Virus record (IMG/VR): IMGVR_UViG_3300028410_000746
From: a virus
Lineage: Duplodnaviria; Caudoviricetes
DNA: 64,000 bases
Reading direction: 5' to 3' (one strand)
Program-made: the position numbers and the translations under genes
The notes under the pieces: generated by a model
Told to the model about the DNA's origin: nothing
Databases searched by the model: none
The model's input: the letters and a program-made list of their open reading frames with translations, nothing else
Shown here: one piece after another, positions 9,423 to 20,563 of the stretch
Position numbering within the stretch: position 1 is the stretch's first letter
How the letters are laid out: every line of letters begins with the position of its first letter

Positions 9423-9884
9423 ATGTGGGTTCCCCTGTCCTTTGGCTTCGTGTTGGGTGCGGTGTTTGCCCTGCTCTGCGTTTGGTCTCGCTATGGCGAA
9501 CAGCTCCAGGCTGCAACGGCTACCCTGTTGGATAGTAGACAGAGGCGACAGTTACTGTTGGAGTGGGGGCAACTTGAAGTAGGTGACCGGTTCAAGTCCA
9601 AAGCGACGTGGCACGAGATCGACCAGATTAAGGTCCGTGAGCGTACCCAGCGTTACGCTGCGCCTCAAGACGATGAGGTCTTCGTCTTGACCACCCAGGG
9701 GGAGATGATGCAGCATACCCTCGACAAAGTGTTTGTGGTACAGAGGATTGTGGACCAGCCCATTCAAGGGGCGCTGTCCCATCCTGAGACGCCTCTGGCG
9801 CTCTCGCATGAGGACCTCTTTGATAGTGACGCGGAACGTGAGGACCTCACCTCACGCGAGGCGGAGCATGACATCTGGAAATAG
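9423..9884 (+). CDS. Membrane-anchored hypothetical protein
   Basis: N-terminal hydrophobic helix MWVPLSFGFVLGAVFALLCVW. Confidence 0.6.
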   Translation: MWVPLSFGFVLGAVFALLCVWSRYGEQLQAATATLLDSRQRRQLLLEWGQLEVGDRFKSKATWHEIDQIKVRERTQRYAAPQDDEVFVLTTQGEMMQHTLDKVFVVQRIVDQPIQGALSHPETPLALSHEDLFDSDAEREDLTSREAEHDIWK

Positions 9885-9886
9885 AC

Positions 9887-12800
9887 ATGACAGGCGACTT
9901 CAACGGCTGGGTGCTTCGTAAGCCACGGGTAGCAGCTTCCAACGCCAACACCACCGCTGAACCTGATGTCGTCGTGCGCGAGCAGGATGAGGCCGCGTAT
10001 CGCGCCTCCTACCTCGACAACGTGAGCGCTACGGGGTCGGAGTACCTCGTCCGTACTGCACAGACCGGTGACCTCGTGGTCCCCTCGTCGATCACCGAGA
10101 TTGCGAGCCCCTTTGATGGCTCCTTGCCGACCGCGCTCGTCTTCACGTTCAACACGCAGGGTCGCGCCGTCGCTGCGCCCGTGCTCCCCGCAGATGTGAC
10201 GCCCCTTCCGGACAGCGTGGACACGTCTGCCGGCCTGATCACCTATCTGGTCGCCCCTGGTGTGGCACCCACCGTCACCTTTGTACCTGCACCCCTGTCT
10301 GTCGAGTACACCCGCAACGACTCGGGGCGTACGCGCTTTGGATACGATGCGCGCGTGTCCCGTTGGGAGACCCTCCCCGGAGGCTCACCCGAGTCCCTCG
10401 GTCTGGTGCCTGAAACCGGCCTCCTCACGCTCCCTCTCGTTGAAGCTGATGCAGCGGGCGCGCCGGCCCCTCCTCGCGTCCTGCTTGGCAATCCGGACCG
10501 TCTGTTGGGGACCCTCGTGGACGTCACACAGCTCCTGGGTGAAGACGCGTTCGCGGATTACCGTGATGGCATCCTTGACCCTGCGTCTGGAGAAGGGGCG
10601 CTGAACGTGGAGACGGGGGAGCTTCGACTCGCCCCGTCCTTGACGGTAGGATTCGAGGCTCAGGAGGCCTTCTTTACCCGGCGCAACTTCTTCGCCTTTG
10701 ATGCGTCAACGGGACGCGTCGGGATCATCGGAGAGGACCTCCTCTTGAACCCGTTGCCCCTGGTCGGAGAGGAGCCCCTGCTTCGCGTAGGGTACGGCTC
10801 GTATCTAAACGCGTCCGTAGGGGCGGGCTCTCCGGTGGGCAGCGAGCAGGCACGTGTTGATCCGCTCACGGGTCGAGTCAACTTGAGCGCGGCTCTTGAG
10901 GCTCAATCAGAGGGCTTAGCTCTCTACTACGATGGGGTTCTTACGGGGACCGCGACGCCTCAGGCTCCTACAGTGCTCGGAGACCTCCTCTCCAACCAAT
11001 CGGGCCTCTCCAATGTGGACCTCCTGGAGTACGAGCCGGAGGCGCTGGTGCTCTATATCGAACAGACCGGGGAGGCGGTGCGCGAGCTGGAGTTCGTGGC
11101 CGACCCGTCGGACTTCACTGAGGCGCGCAACCTCCCTCCCACGAAGGCGCAGGTCGCCCGGTCAGATGGGTCCGTTCGCTTGAGCCAGCGTTTCGTTTCG
11201 GCCAACCTCTCGCGTGATCTTGTGGCGGGCTCCACGGACCTCACGCTCGAACGTGGGCTGACGTTTCGGATGGGCCGATCACCCCTTGACCCAACCAACG
11301 CAGCCGGGCTCCCGGACGGCCAAGGCGTCTTGCGCCTGGAAGATGAGCTGCTGGGCCCCGTTCGCAGTGGGCCTTCCGCGTTCCTGACTCAGGTGCCCCT
11401 GGTCGACGTCGCAGGTTATGCGGCAGACACCTTTTACCGTCTGGGGAGCGGGGCCCAACGGCGCGTACTCGTCCCGGATGAGGAGGTGATCTATGATTTT
11501 GATACCCGTCAGCTCCTGTGGGCCCAGCGTCGTACCACCTCACAGACGATCTCTCAGCGCACGTTCTCCGTACGCGTCCCGGATCAGGTCCTGCTCAACC
11601 GTAACTACAGCTTCGAGCTGAACCGGGGCAGCGGCTTTGAGGCCCTGGAGGATGGCGTCAACGCCTCCGTGGACTTCGACATTGGGGAGATCCGCTTCAC
11701 CCAGACGCAGGGTGAGGTTCTGATTGAAGACGTCGCGACCGTGGCGGGACAGGAGTTCACGTTCTTGACCGAGGACCTCTCCGGGGTCGTCATTTCGCTG
11801 GTGGACCTTGACCGGCCCCTGCTTCGTACAGGCCTGAACGCCTACACGATCACGGGCATCGCGGGTAGCGTGGTGACCGTGGAGGGGGACGTCCAGGAGA
11901 GCGGCTCCGTCGCTGTCGAGATCATCTCCGCGCCCGAGCCCGTGTACGCGTACGCGCTCGCGCAGGTGAACCTCAACCCGGACATCGTGGCGGCGTTCCT
12001 GGTCCGCGAGGTGGACAGCTCCGGGACCGTCTACGCTCCGGGGACCACAGGAGAGGTCTATGCGGTCTCGGGCGGAGTCCGTCGTGATGTCGTACGGCTC
12101 GCCTCAACCGTTCTCGGAGAGGCACAGGATGCCTTGACGCTTCCTGCGTTTGCACAGGGGGCCGAGGCTGTCTTTGAGATCTACCTTGGGAGTGATCTCC
12201 TGGTAGAGGTCGGCGGGACGCCCAACCAGGGTGAGTACCGCATCATGGGCGTGGACTTGGTGCTCTCCTCGGCGGACGTGCTGGCCAACCCCAAAGAGCT
12301 GGTTACGCTGGACCCGAGCCTGAGCACGGCGCGCGCGACCGGGGACGTGGAGCTGCTGGTCGCTACCCGCGAGCTGGGGTTCCCTCTTGACCTCGCAGTC
12401 GTAGACCTCTACGTACAGGTCGAGGCGCGTATCCAGGACCGCCTCCTCTACTTCTCCCAGCCTTTCGCTGCGGGAGATCGCCTGAGGGCGCGCTACCGTA
12501 CCGCTGATGAGGTTGAGGTGGAGGAAGAGGTAGGCTTTCGCGTCGTGGAGGATGCCGTGATCGTGAGCGCGACCGAGGCGACCTACGGGGCTGGACGCCT
12601 CCTCGACCCGAACCGCGCTCCTATCATACTCGTCAATGGAGCACGCACAGACCTCCCGGTAGATCCGGTGGCGGGCACCATCAACACCAGCTCGGTTCGT
12701 ACGGGGCGCACGATCAGCGTGAGCTACGCCGCACTCGATGCCAAGGGTGGGGAACAGACCGCGAGCCTTCTCCAGACGCCCGTGTCTCCTGATGTGGTGT

Positions 12801-15800
12801 TCGCTCCTGGGACCAGCCAGACCTTGCGCGGTGATCAGACCGACGACCTCTTCCTGGGTGCGTTTGTCCAGGCGGGCTCAACGAGCTTCACCGTGGCGAG
12901 CGTGCCGACCTATGATGGAACGCAAACCACCTTCGAGGTCGAGCCTTCGCTCCCTCAAGAGGTACGCAATCCGATCACTCTTGTCAGCGGGACGGTGTTT
13001 GACTTCGAGGTACTCCCCACGCTTGCCTTTGATGCCCCCGTGCAGGGCTCGACAACCTTGCGCGTCTTCTCAGACGTGACAGGCCTCCTCAAGGCGCAGC
13101 GGGTGCTCGTGCTCGACTCGGACGCTTACTACGTCACCGACGTCACCTTCGACGGTGGCCAGACTGTCCTCTCCTTGGCGAGCCCGCTCGCGCGCGCATA
13201 CAGCTCTCCCCTGGCGTCTCAGTCCGTGTTTACGGTGTATGGCCCCGGTGCTCAGGTCCTGTTGACCGAGAAGACGGGACTCGACGGAGGCCTCGTTGAG
13301 GTGATCCGCCGCGCCGCAAATGGAGACCTTACGGTAGTAGATCCCTCGACCTACCTGTTTGAGCCTGCGGGTCGTCTCACTCTGGACCCTACCCTGACGG
13401 CTCCGCTGTCTCGGGGAGAGGTGGTCTTCTTGCGGTACACCGCGCTCGATCCGGTAGGCCCCACGACTCTTGGGGGACAGCTCTTCTTGCCTCGCTTCCG
13501 TGGGACCTACACGCAACGGGTCAACGCCTCCGAGACCAATGGCTACCTGGGGTCGAACCTGTACGTGAGCGCGACCTTGCGCGCGCCTGACACCTTCTAC
13601 TTTCGCGTCCTCCCTCTCGCGGAATGGTCCGAGGAGGTCGCTCAAGGCTTGACGACCTCTTCAGGCACGGGCCCCGTGGTCTCTTCGTTCGCGACGACGC
13701 CCCTGTCAGATCAAGGTATCCAGACCCTGGTTGGGGAAGGGGGAGACCTCTACGATACCGACCGCGCCGCGCGTCGCTACCTTTCGTTCTACAATGACCT
13801 CGTGACCGCCTTCGAGAACGTCCAGGAGGTCCTGGATGGTCGAGTGATCGGAGACCGTGACGGCAAGTTCCGCTTCACCGTCCGTGCAGACTCGACCCCT
13901 GGAGGTGAGGACCCGATCACGGGACGCCTGCTTCCCTACTACATCAACCCGGCCAACCCTGGAGTGCGTCCGACGAGCGTTCAGATCGGGGACACGGGAG
14001 ACCTGACCTTGCAGACCGGGCTCGTCCAGAACAACCTCGACGACATCCTGCTCACCTCCAAGCGCCCCTTCTCCCTGAACATCCTCGGGTTCACGATCGA
14101 CTACACAGGCACGTTCAAGCGTGCCTGGGAGCCCTCACGCCTCTCGCGTCTCTACCCCGAAGAGTCCACGGTCCAGACGATCACGGTGCCCCCTCTTGGC
14201 GGAGGCGGCAGCTACACGTTTGGAGACGATGGCGGGCAGATCCTGGCAGACTCGGGCGTCACGGGGGTCCTGGCGATCAAGGGTATCCGTCCGCGCGGGT
14301 CCGCCGCCACGGTTACGAAGGTGACGCCCGGAGATCCGCTCGTGCTGTCTTGCGCGCAGACCTATGACCCGATCACAGGCGACCTCTCCAACGCTCCCTA
14401 TGACCTCACCACAGGTGACCCCTCGCGCGCGCGCCCGCCGTTTGAAGTAGGTAGCCGGGTCGACATAGGCCGGGTCGTCTTTAGCCGAAACGGTGAGGAT
14501 GTCACGAGGACCGAGGTGCTCGTGGCTCGGGACTTGGTGGTCGACTCGGTGACCGCTTCAACTCTTGAGCTGGTCGAGGGTGCAGGCACGGCAATCGGTT
14601 CGGTAAATACACGAGCGGGAGATACGGTGTACGAGGCTACGCCTCTGGACCTCCCCGGAGTCGCAGACTTGGCATCGCTCGACCCGGCCGACATGCCCTT
14701 CTACCGCAACCCACTGGACGTGACCCTGGACGGAGCGACTGGAGAAGTCATTAACCCGACCCTACCCGGATTCTTTGCGACCTTGCTCGGTCAGAAGGTG
14801 CCTCCTCCCGGCACTCTGCTCGATCTGACCGTGAGCTACCAGAATACGAACACGTCTCCTCGTCGTCCTCCCGCTCTTGATGGAGGTGCGGCCAATGACG
14901 ATGGGGACCTCAGCGTCCCGTTCGTCTCTCCAATGCCGGACTCGGAGCTGTCTCGTCTGCCTGCCGAGCTGGCTGCGATCACGACGCTACTCTCCAACAC
15001 GGAGCCCGGCGTCTACGTGTCCGCGGCGACGCGTCTCTCGGCCACGACCCTCTCGACGTCTCTGGACCTCACTGGCCTTGGAGTGGGAGTCCAGGGGTTC
15101 ACCCTCCTTGAAGGTTCTCCTGTGGTCTACTCCTCTTCGGAGGTGCCGGGACCCAACGTCTTGACCCTGGCAGCGTTTGAGTATGAGGACCTGACGGCTC
15201 CCTTTGAGGTGCCTGACCTCTTCGCGGGTTCTGGTACCGTAGCGGGCGCGGTCCTTACCGACGCGGGCACGGACTTCACCGCGTTCTCGGGAGCGACGAT
15301 CACCCTCAATATTGACGGCGGAGCCTCTTACCCGGTGAGCGTGCTCTCCAACGGGTCTCTTACGGCTACGGGCGTGATCGCGGAGACGGGCGCGCAAAGC
15401 TACACGTTGAGTGCGAGCGGGGTAGGCTCCATCTCCACGGACTTGACCACTCTGGAGGCTCCTGGAGTTGACTTCACCTCGGCGTCCGGGCCCTTCACCG
15501 TCGCACGTCCGTTCAATGGCGGCCTCTCTCCCATCACCTTCCTCGTGGGAGAGGGCTCAGACGGATCTCTCGTGCCAGACCTCATCCCTTCAGGCTTCAA
15601 CGGACCGTTGGCAGTGGGTCCACTGGTGCCGGTAGCCTCAGGGACCGCTCAGGTGTCTGTCACAAACGTGCTCAGTACCCTGGACTCCCTGGCATCTGTG
15701 GCTCCAGGAGACACGCTCATCATTGCCTCTTCGTCTCCCAACGCTGGCCGCTACCGGGTGGGTGCAGTAGGCGCGACGACGTTGACCCTGGATGTGGGAG

Positions 15801-16720
15801 CGGACGCGAGCATCTGGAACACCTTCTTCTGGGACAATGAGGGCGGAGGCATCACTTACCCTGTGGACTACACGGTCGTGCGTCCTCGCCGCTACAGCGT
15901 GGAGATGGAAGACTACCGCGAGGAGCTGGCACGTCAGCGGGTGATCTATGAGGACAACGCCAACGCGCCGGCTGACATCATTGGCTTCCTCACGGCGACG
16001 TCTTCCAACCCCGCCACGCCCTTGAAAGAGCGGCTGGACGCTCTTGACGCCCTCCTGTTGCCGGCTCCTTTCCTTACGCTTACCGGCGTGGCGGAGACGG
16101 GCGCGCAGACCTTGACCGGTGGCGTGGACTTCGTGGTGGAGGGGGTGGAGACGGGAGACCTCGTGCGCGTGGACGCGGGTATCAATCGAGGCTTCTACTT
16201 CGTCACTGGAGTCTCCAGCGCAGCGATCACCCTGGACGGCTCGAACCCTTACGTCACCTACACGCTGAGCAACGACGGCGCTACGGACTACACGGTCACC
16301 AAGGCGGAGGGGTTCCAGGACCTCACGTACCAGCTCGTGCTCTCGGAGATCTACGGACTTGACCAACGCATCGAGCGTCTGGACGCGGGTATCCGAGGGG
16401 TCGACACGGACACGGACGACCTTCTGGGAGTGCTTCCGTACGGTAGCCTGACAGGAGACTACACCGACGACACCCTCACGGCCCACCAGACGCAAGCTCA
16501 GGCGAGGTTGGACCGTCTACAGGTGGTTCCCACGCTTGCTCAGGACATCGAAGGCATCTTGAAGGGGTCTGAGGCCCTGTATGATACGCGGTATGCCTGG
16601 GTAGACTATCGCGCGAACCTTGAAACAGGTACCCTGCCAAGAATCCGTCGATACCTTGCTACGGTAGACAAAGAGAAGGAGCGACGCTTGAGGGAACTCA
16701 CTCGCGCCGGTTCAACTTGA
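9887..16720 (+). CDS. Very large virion structural protein (2277 aa; putative baseplate/tail)
   Basis: Uninterrupted, acidic, beta-rich ORF within the baseplate gene neighbourhood. Confidence 0.65.
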   Translation: MTGDFNGWVLRKPRVAASNANTTAEPDVVVREQDEAAYRASYLDNVSATGSEYLVRTAQTGDLVVPSSITEIASPFDGSLPTALVFTFNTQGRAVAAPVLPADVTPLPDSVDTSAGLITYLVAPGVAPTVTFVPAPLSVEYTRNDSGRTRFGYDARVSRWETLPGGSPESLGLVPETGLLTLPLVEADAAGAPAPPRVLLGNPDRLLGTLVDVTQLLGEDAFADYRDGILDPASGEGALNVETGELRLAPSLTVGFEAQEAFFTRRNFFAFDASTGRVGIIGEDLLLNPLPLVGEEPLLRVGYGSYLNASVGAGSPVGSEQARVDPLTGRVNLSAALEAQSEGLALYYDGVLTGTATPQAPTVLGDLLSNQSGLSNVDLLEYEPEALVLYIEQTGEAVRELEFVADPSDFTEARNLPPTKAQVARSDGSVRLSQRFVSANLSRDLVAGSTDLTLERGLTFRMGRSPLDPTNAAGLPDGQGVLRLEDELLGPVRSGPSAFLTQVPLVDVAGYAADTFYRLGSGAQRRVLVPDEEVIYDFDTRQLLWAQRRTTSQTISQRTFSVRVPDQVLLNRNYSFELNRGSGFEALEDGVNASVDFDIGEIRFTQTQGEVLIEDVATVAGQEFTFLTEDLSGVVISLVDLDRPLLRTGLNAYTITGIAGSVVTVEGDVQESGSVAVEIISAPEPVYAYALAQVNLNPDIVAAFLVREVDSSGTVYAPGTTGEVYAVSGGVRRDVVRLASTVLGEAQDALTLPAFAQGAEAVFEIYLGSDLLVEVGGTPNQGEYRIMGVDLVLSSADVLANPKELVTLDPSLSTARATGDVELLVATRELGFPLDLAVVDLYVQVEARIQDRLLYFSQPFAAGDRLRARYRTADEVEVEEEVGFRVVEDAVIVSATEATYGAGRLLDPNRAPIILVNGARTDLPVDPVAGTINTSSVRTGRTISVSYAALDAKGGEQTASLLQTPVSPDVVFAPGTSQTLRGDQTDDLFLGAFVQAGSTSFTVASVPTYDGTQTTFEVEPSLPQEVRNPITLVSGTVFDFEVLPTLAFDAPVQGSTTLRVFSDVTGLLKAQRVLVLDSDAYYVTDVTFDGGQTVLSLASPLARAYSSPLASQSVFTVYGPGAQVLLTEKTGLDGGLVEVIRRAANGDLTVVDPSTYLFEPAGRLTLDPTLTAPLSRGEVVFLRYTALDPVGPTTLGGQLFLPRFRGTYTQRVNASETNGYLGSNLYVSATLRAPDTFYFRVLPLAEWSEEVAQGLTTSSGTGPVVSSFATTPLSDQGIQTLVGEGGDLYDTDRAARRYLSFYNDLVTAFENVQEVLDGRVIGDRDGKFRFTVRADSTPGGEDPITGRLLPYYINPANPGVRPTSVQIGDTGDLTLQTGLVQNNLDDILLTSKRPFSLNILGFTIDYTGTFKRAWEPSRLSRLYPEESTVQTITVPPLGGGGSYTFGDDGGQILADSGVTGVLAIKGIRPRGSAATVTKVTPGDPLVLSCAQTYDPITGDLSNAPYDLTTGDPSRARPPFEVGSRVDIGRVVFSRNGEDVTRTEVLVARDLVVDSVTASTLELVEGAGTAIGSVNTRAGDTVYEATPLDLPGVADLASLDPADMPFYRNPLDVTLDGATGEVINPTLPGFFATLLGQKVPPPGTLLDLTVSYQNTNTSPRRPPALDGGAANDDGDLSVPFVSPMPDSELSRLPAELAAITTLLSNTEPGVYVSAATRLSATTLSTSLDLTGLGVGVQGFTLLEGSPVVYSSSEVPGPNVLTLAAFEYEDLTAPFEVPDLFAGSGTVAGAVLTDAGTDFTAFSGATITLNIDGGASYPVSVLSNGSLTATGVIAETGAQSYTLSASGVGSISTDLTTLEAPGVDFTSASGPFTVARPFNGGLSPITFLVGEGSDGSLVPDLIPSGFNGPLAVGPLVPVASGTAQVSVTNVLSTLDSLASVAPGDTLIIASSSPNAGRYRVGAVGATTLTLDVGADASIWNTFFWDNEGGGITYPVDYTVVRPRRYSVEMEDYREELARQRVIYEDNANAPADIIGFLTATSSNPATPLKERLDALDALLLPAPFLTLTGVAETGAQTLTGGVDFVVEGVETGDLVRVDAGINRGFYFVTGVSSAAITLDGSNPYVTYTLSNDGATDYTVTKAEGFQDLTYQLVLSEIYGLDQRIERLDAGIRGVDTDTDDLLGVLPYGSLTGDYTDDTLTAHQTQAQARLDRLQVVPTLAQDIEGILKGSEALYDTRYAWVDYRANLETGTLPRIRRYLATVDKEKERRLRELTRAGST

Positions 16721-16737
16721 ATCCAAAGGTAGTTCTG

Positions 16738-17092
16738 ATGGAAGATAGGCGCACCTGGGTAAGCCAGGACATCAAGCGATCACAGACCCTACGTGATCGC
16801 CTCAAGGAGATCCGGGAAGGCCTCTCGGATCTCAGGGACCAGCTAAGGCGAACACCTGATGATCGACATGACACTGGAGATGGGGCCGACGCCTCTACGG
16901 CAAGACCCCTGGAATGATTATTACGAGCGCCTCGGTGAGCTGGCCTGCAAGCTCGACCTGGACGAAGATGAGGAGGGGGAGTACCGCACCCTCTCAGCGC
17001 TTCTGAAGGTACACATGGAGCTGATGGCCGAGAGCGCGGTCCCGGAGACTGGATCAGTCGAAGCCCTGAAGGGCCGGTACGGAGTGTCTTGA
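16738..17092 (+). CDS. Two overlapping small ORFs (16738-16917, 16859-17092) or one frameshifted gene
   Basis: Fill the gap between two structural genes; boundaries ambiguous. Confidence 0.35.
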
Positions 17093-19324
17093 ATGGCAGA
17101 TTGGCAGAATCTGGAGGTAGACCTCTCGGGGGTACAGGCGGGGGTTGATGGTACACAGGCGGTCTCGGACGCGGTGAGTGCCGTGGGGCAGATTGCGTCG
17201 GCTTTGCTTGGCCTGTTGCGGACCTTCACCGTCCCTTCCTTGCCCAATCCCATCGCCGGCGCAACCATGTTGCTGATCGCACAGCTTGAGGACCTCCTGG
17301 AGAGCCTGGGAGATACCGGAGCGTTTGGGCTCTTCCTGTTGCCCACGACTCTGGACGACCTCGCAGACAGCGCTGGTGGGTACGCACGCTTCGAGCAGCG
17401 CGTGGTAGCGTCCTTCTACGACACGGCGGACGCCGAGCGTCCTCAGGTGGGCCAAGCAGGTACGCTGGGCGGGCTAGTGATCTACGTCAACGCTCCCAGT
17501 CCGGCCGGCATCATCGAGAAGGCCTTGGCCCTGGCGAGGCTCTTTGGCCAGCGTCCGGAGGTGTCTTACCCCTCCCCCATAAGCCTTCGAGCTACCCCCG
17601 CGTCAGACCTCGGCGTGGCCATCCCCGGCGTGATCGACATCTACACGCAAGGCATCGACCCGCCCACCACGATCCTGCTGGAGTGGGAGGAGCCCAAGAG
17701 CACGCAGAACATCTTCTTCGACCTATTCGCGGCCAACAAGTTCTACATCGAACGCTCCCGATCACGGGAAGGCAAGCGCCTCACCGTGACTCAACCCTCT
17801 ACCATTCAGATCGACCCTCTCGCGCGTCGCCGTAACGCGCCACCGGAGTATCGCGAGCCCGTGCTCGATGAGAAAGGCGCCGTGACGACCGTGTGGGAGC
17901 CCCTCGACCCCTCCAACCCGTTCCTCGACGCAGACGACGCAGACGAGGGAGAAGGCCGCCTCGGAGCCAACTTCCTCGCGGGAACCTACTCGACCGTCTT
18001 GCGCGGCCTCACTCCGGGACAGGATGAGGGGTATTACTACCGTATCCGGAGTGTCCCCGAGAACACCGTGTTGGCGAGCCGACCGGTCGAGACGACTGAT
18101 GCCGGGGGCGTGACCGCACAAGAGATCGCGTATGAGTTGAAGCTGGACGGCAAGCCTTATCAGGGCTCTCCCCCCTCGTCTCCCGTCTATGGATTCATCC
18201 CGGAGATCCCCAAACAGACGGGGGGCGCAGCGTTCGACCTCCCCACGGCCCTGCTCAACGTCTACCGCGCCGCGTACCTGCTACGCTTTGACACCACGGT
18301 CTTTGACGACAGCTCTCAGCCCTTGACGGGCTCGGGTATCCTCAACCCGATCACGCCACAGACGATCCTTGACCTCCCCCCGGACGACTTCGACTTTGAC
18401 GGTACGGGCTCAGTCTCGGCGGCGTTCGAGTCGCAGTCTCCAGGTGGCTTTCGATCCACCGAAGACGGCGTGCGGTACTTCTCGGGTGAGTTCTTTCCGG
18501 AGGTGTTCTTTGAGCAGGGACCTCCAGGCTACGCAGACTCGAAGCGGAACGTGGCAACGCTGGGGGCGATCACGTCGTCGTCAGCTCTGGAAGATGACCC
18601 GTTCGCAGGAGCGCGTGAGCTGTTTGCGGCCAAGCTCGGCCTTACCGTTCGGGAGCGGTATCGCCTGTATGTGGACGAGGTGGCCACAGATAAGATCGAA
18701 CGGATACTACCCCTCATCGCACGCAACGAGACGCTCCTGGGGGCTATACGGACATCCTACGTTGGATTCGAGGCGGACCTTCTGGAACTCCTCACGGGAT
18801 TCACGACAGACTTCACGCTGATCGAGCGTGAGGACCTGCGAATCGCCGTGGCGAGCCTGATGGTCCTCTTTGATGGGCAGATTCGCCCCGGTCAGCCTCC
18901 CAACTGGAGATCTGTCCGGCTCTTCAAGGACGTTCTGCCTGAGGTTGATCGCGTGGGCGCGGAGCTTCTGGCTGCCATACAGAGCATCGAGCTGGCGACC
19001 GCCGACGTGAGCACACGCCTTGACGCGACAGTGGAGGGCTTGCAGAACCGTTTGGCCGCGCTCGACGCGGTAGTAGACGCCCTTGATGAGATCATTTCGT
19101 TCCTGGATGCGGTCTCCGGGACGGCGCTCACGGCTTCGATCCTATTCATCCCGCCTCAGACTGGAGGCGCTCCTGCGTTCGTGAACGAGGTCCTCGCGGC
19201 ACAGGACAAGCCCACGAGCGAGCCCACCGACTACGGCGGAGGTTTCGTGCTCGCAGCCGGAGGGGCGGGTCCTGGGGACGGCGCCGCGCTCTTTGATGCG
19301 CTACGGTTCGTCTTCGGCTTCTAG
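17093..19324 (+). CDS. Probable virion structural protein (743 aa)
   Basis: Long acidic ORF with helical termini; in the structural cluster. Confidence 0.6.
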   Translation: MADWQNLEVDLSGVQAGVDGTQAVSDAVSAVGQIASALLGLLRTFTVPSLPNPIAGATMLLIAQLEDLLESLGDTGAFGLFLLPTTLDDLADSAGGYARFEQRVVASFYDTADAERPQVGQAGTLGGLVIYVNAPSPAGIIEKALALARLFGQRPEVSYPSPISLRATPASDLGVAIPGVIDIYTQGIDPPTTILLEWEEPKSTQNIFFDLFAANKFYIERSRSREGKRLTVTQPSTIQIDPLARRRNAPPEYREPVLDEKGAVTTVWEPLDPSNPFLDADDADEGEGRLGANFLAGTYSTVLRGLTPGQDEGYYYRIRSVPENTVLASRPVETTDAGGVTAQEIAYELKLDGKPYQGSPPSSPVYGFIPEIPKQTGGAAFDLPTALLNVYRAAYLLRFDTTVFDDSSQPLTGSGILNPITPQTILDLPPDDFDFDGTGSVSAAFESQSPGGFRSTEDGVRYFSGEFFPEVFFEQGPPGYADSKRNVATLGAITSSSALEDDPFAGARELFAAKLGLTVRERYRLYVDEVATDKIERILPLIARNETLLGAIRTSYVGFEADLLELLTGFTTDFTLIEREDLRIAVASLMVLFDGQIRPGQPPNWRSVRLFKDVLPEVDRVGAELLAAIQSIELATADVSTRLDATVEGLQNRLAALDAVVDALDEIISFLDAVSGTALTASILFIPPQTGGAPAFVNEVLAAQDKPTSEPTDYGGGFVLAAGGAGPGDGAALFDALRFVFGF

Positions 19325-19663
19325 TTTCGGCGTTGGGAAGATGAGAGCGTCTTTCAGGATCTCCTGGATCTCCCGATCGCACCGTCGTATCCGAATCTCC
19401 AGCTCTCGGAACTGTATCATGAGCTGCCAGAACTCCGAGAGGTTGCGGTCCTTCACGGCAACAGGCATCCCCGACAGTCGAATCTTCAGGTGTTCCGTGC
19501 CTCGCTCGACGAGCAGGCAAGGGGTAAATCTAACAACCTCGGCGCCCCAAACAATGTAACTTTTGCGGGTGTTTATGACCCGGACGCCATATGGCGTCAG
19601 GTTCAGGGTGACGCCTTCCCCCAGAAGGTCCTGGAGGCGTCTGAGGGTTTCCGTGTCGCTCAT
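19301..19663 (-). CDS. Hypothetical protein
   Basis: GGAG-ATG at 19663, coupled to the upstream ORF. Confidence 0.55.
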   Translation of the reverse strand: MSDTETLRRLQDLLGEGVTLNLTPYGVRVINTRKSYIVWGAEVVRFTPCLLVERGTEHLKIRLSGMPVAVKDRNLSEFWQLMIQFRELEIRIRRCDREIQEILKDALIFPTPKLEAEDEP

Positions 19664-19917
19664 GACTCCGGGAGGTTGTCCAGCTCCTCCTGGAGCAGGT
19701 CTCGCGCCCACTGCGGCACCGTCTTGCGGTACGAGTCACCACCCGTAAGCAGGGTCAGCGTGAGGGCGTCTCCCGAAGGCGCCTCACCCTTGCGCACTCC
19801 CCAGAAGAGGGCGCTGTAGGCATCGCCACCGGGAGCGCACGCGGTGGGTGCGCCCTTGGCGAGCTTTCGGAGCGCGACGCGGTGTGCTTCAGGGTTCGAG
19901 CTGGCATGAAATCCCAT
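19660..19917 (-). CDS. Hypothetical protein
   Basis: GAGGA RBS, 85 aa. Confidence 0.55.
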   Translation of the reverse strand: MGFHASSNPEAHRVALRKLAKGAPTACAPGGDAYSALFWGVRKGEAPSGDALTLTLLTGGDSYRKTVPQWARDLLQEELDNLPES

Positions 19918-20044
19918 GATGTGTTCCTCTTAGCGTTGTGTGTATGTAGGAGAGTCTACGCGTTACGTGGGGCGGACACTTAGCGCTGGACCACGTGCCA
20001 GACCCGTGGGCGCGTCTGCTTGTGACTGTAGGTGTTTGTCGAGG

Positions 20045-20182
20045 TCAGTGAGGACAGGCGGCCCCCAGGGTGCGACACCACTTACCGCTCAAGAGCTTGA
20101 CGAAGTGGAATTTCTTGGCCCAGCTCTCGTGGTAGTCCAGGCGGGTGGTGCTGCGCGCGTGGTTGAGCGTGTTGAACGTCAT
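20045..20182 (-). CDS. Small ORF (45 aa, not in track)
   Basis: GGAG-N7-ATG; MTFNTLNHARSTTRLDYHESWAKKFHF... Confidence 0.4.
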   Translation of the reverse strand: MTFNTLNHARSTTRLDYHESWAKKFHFVKLLSGKWCRTLGAACPH

Positions 20183-20224
20183 GGTCTTGTCTCCGTGTCT
20201 GAATGTTCGTGGTGCGGGAAGCTC

Positions 20225-20491
20225 TCAGCGGTAGCGGATGAAGTTCTCCGCCTCTTCGTGGAAGGACTGCCAGCGCTCCTCCATATGCTCCTCTTCCAGC
20301 TCTTTATCGCAGTGGCGGCAGTGGTCTCGCCACTCCTGGAGACAGTGCACCGAGTCTTCCGGGCTCAAGCCCTTGACCGACTCAAGGATCTCTTCCTTGC
20401 TCTTGGGTGCCTCGTCCGGGTCGAAGCTGTTGAGCAGCTCAAGGGCGAGCTGCTTGAACTGGAAGCGAAGCTCCTGAATCGAGTTGTCCAT
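20225..20491 (-). CDS. Acidic hypothetical protein
   Basis: AGGAG-ATG directly after promoter P2. Confidence 0.65.
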   Translation of the reverse strand: MDNSIQELRFQFKQLALELLNSFDPDEAPKSKEEILESVKGLSPEDSVHCLQEWRDHCRHCDKELEEEHMEERWQSFHEEAENFIRYR

Positions 20492-20532
20492 GTCGTCGTC
20501 TCCTGCGGTGTGTCGTTTCGTCTTACACACCC

Positions 20533-20561
20533 TATATACCACAAGGAGGGGGGGTCGTAAA
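20533..20561 (-). promoter_or_regulatory. Repeated phage promoter P2
   Basis: TTTACG-N17-TATATA with CTTGTGG. Confidence 0.8.
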
Positions 20562-20563
20562 AA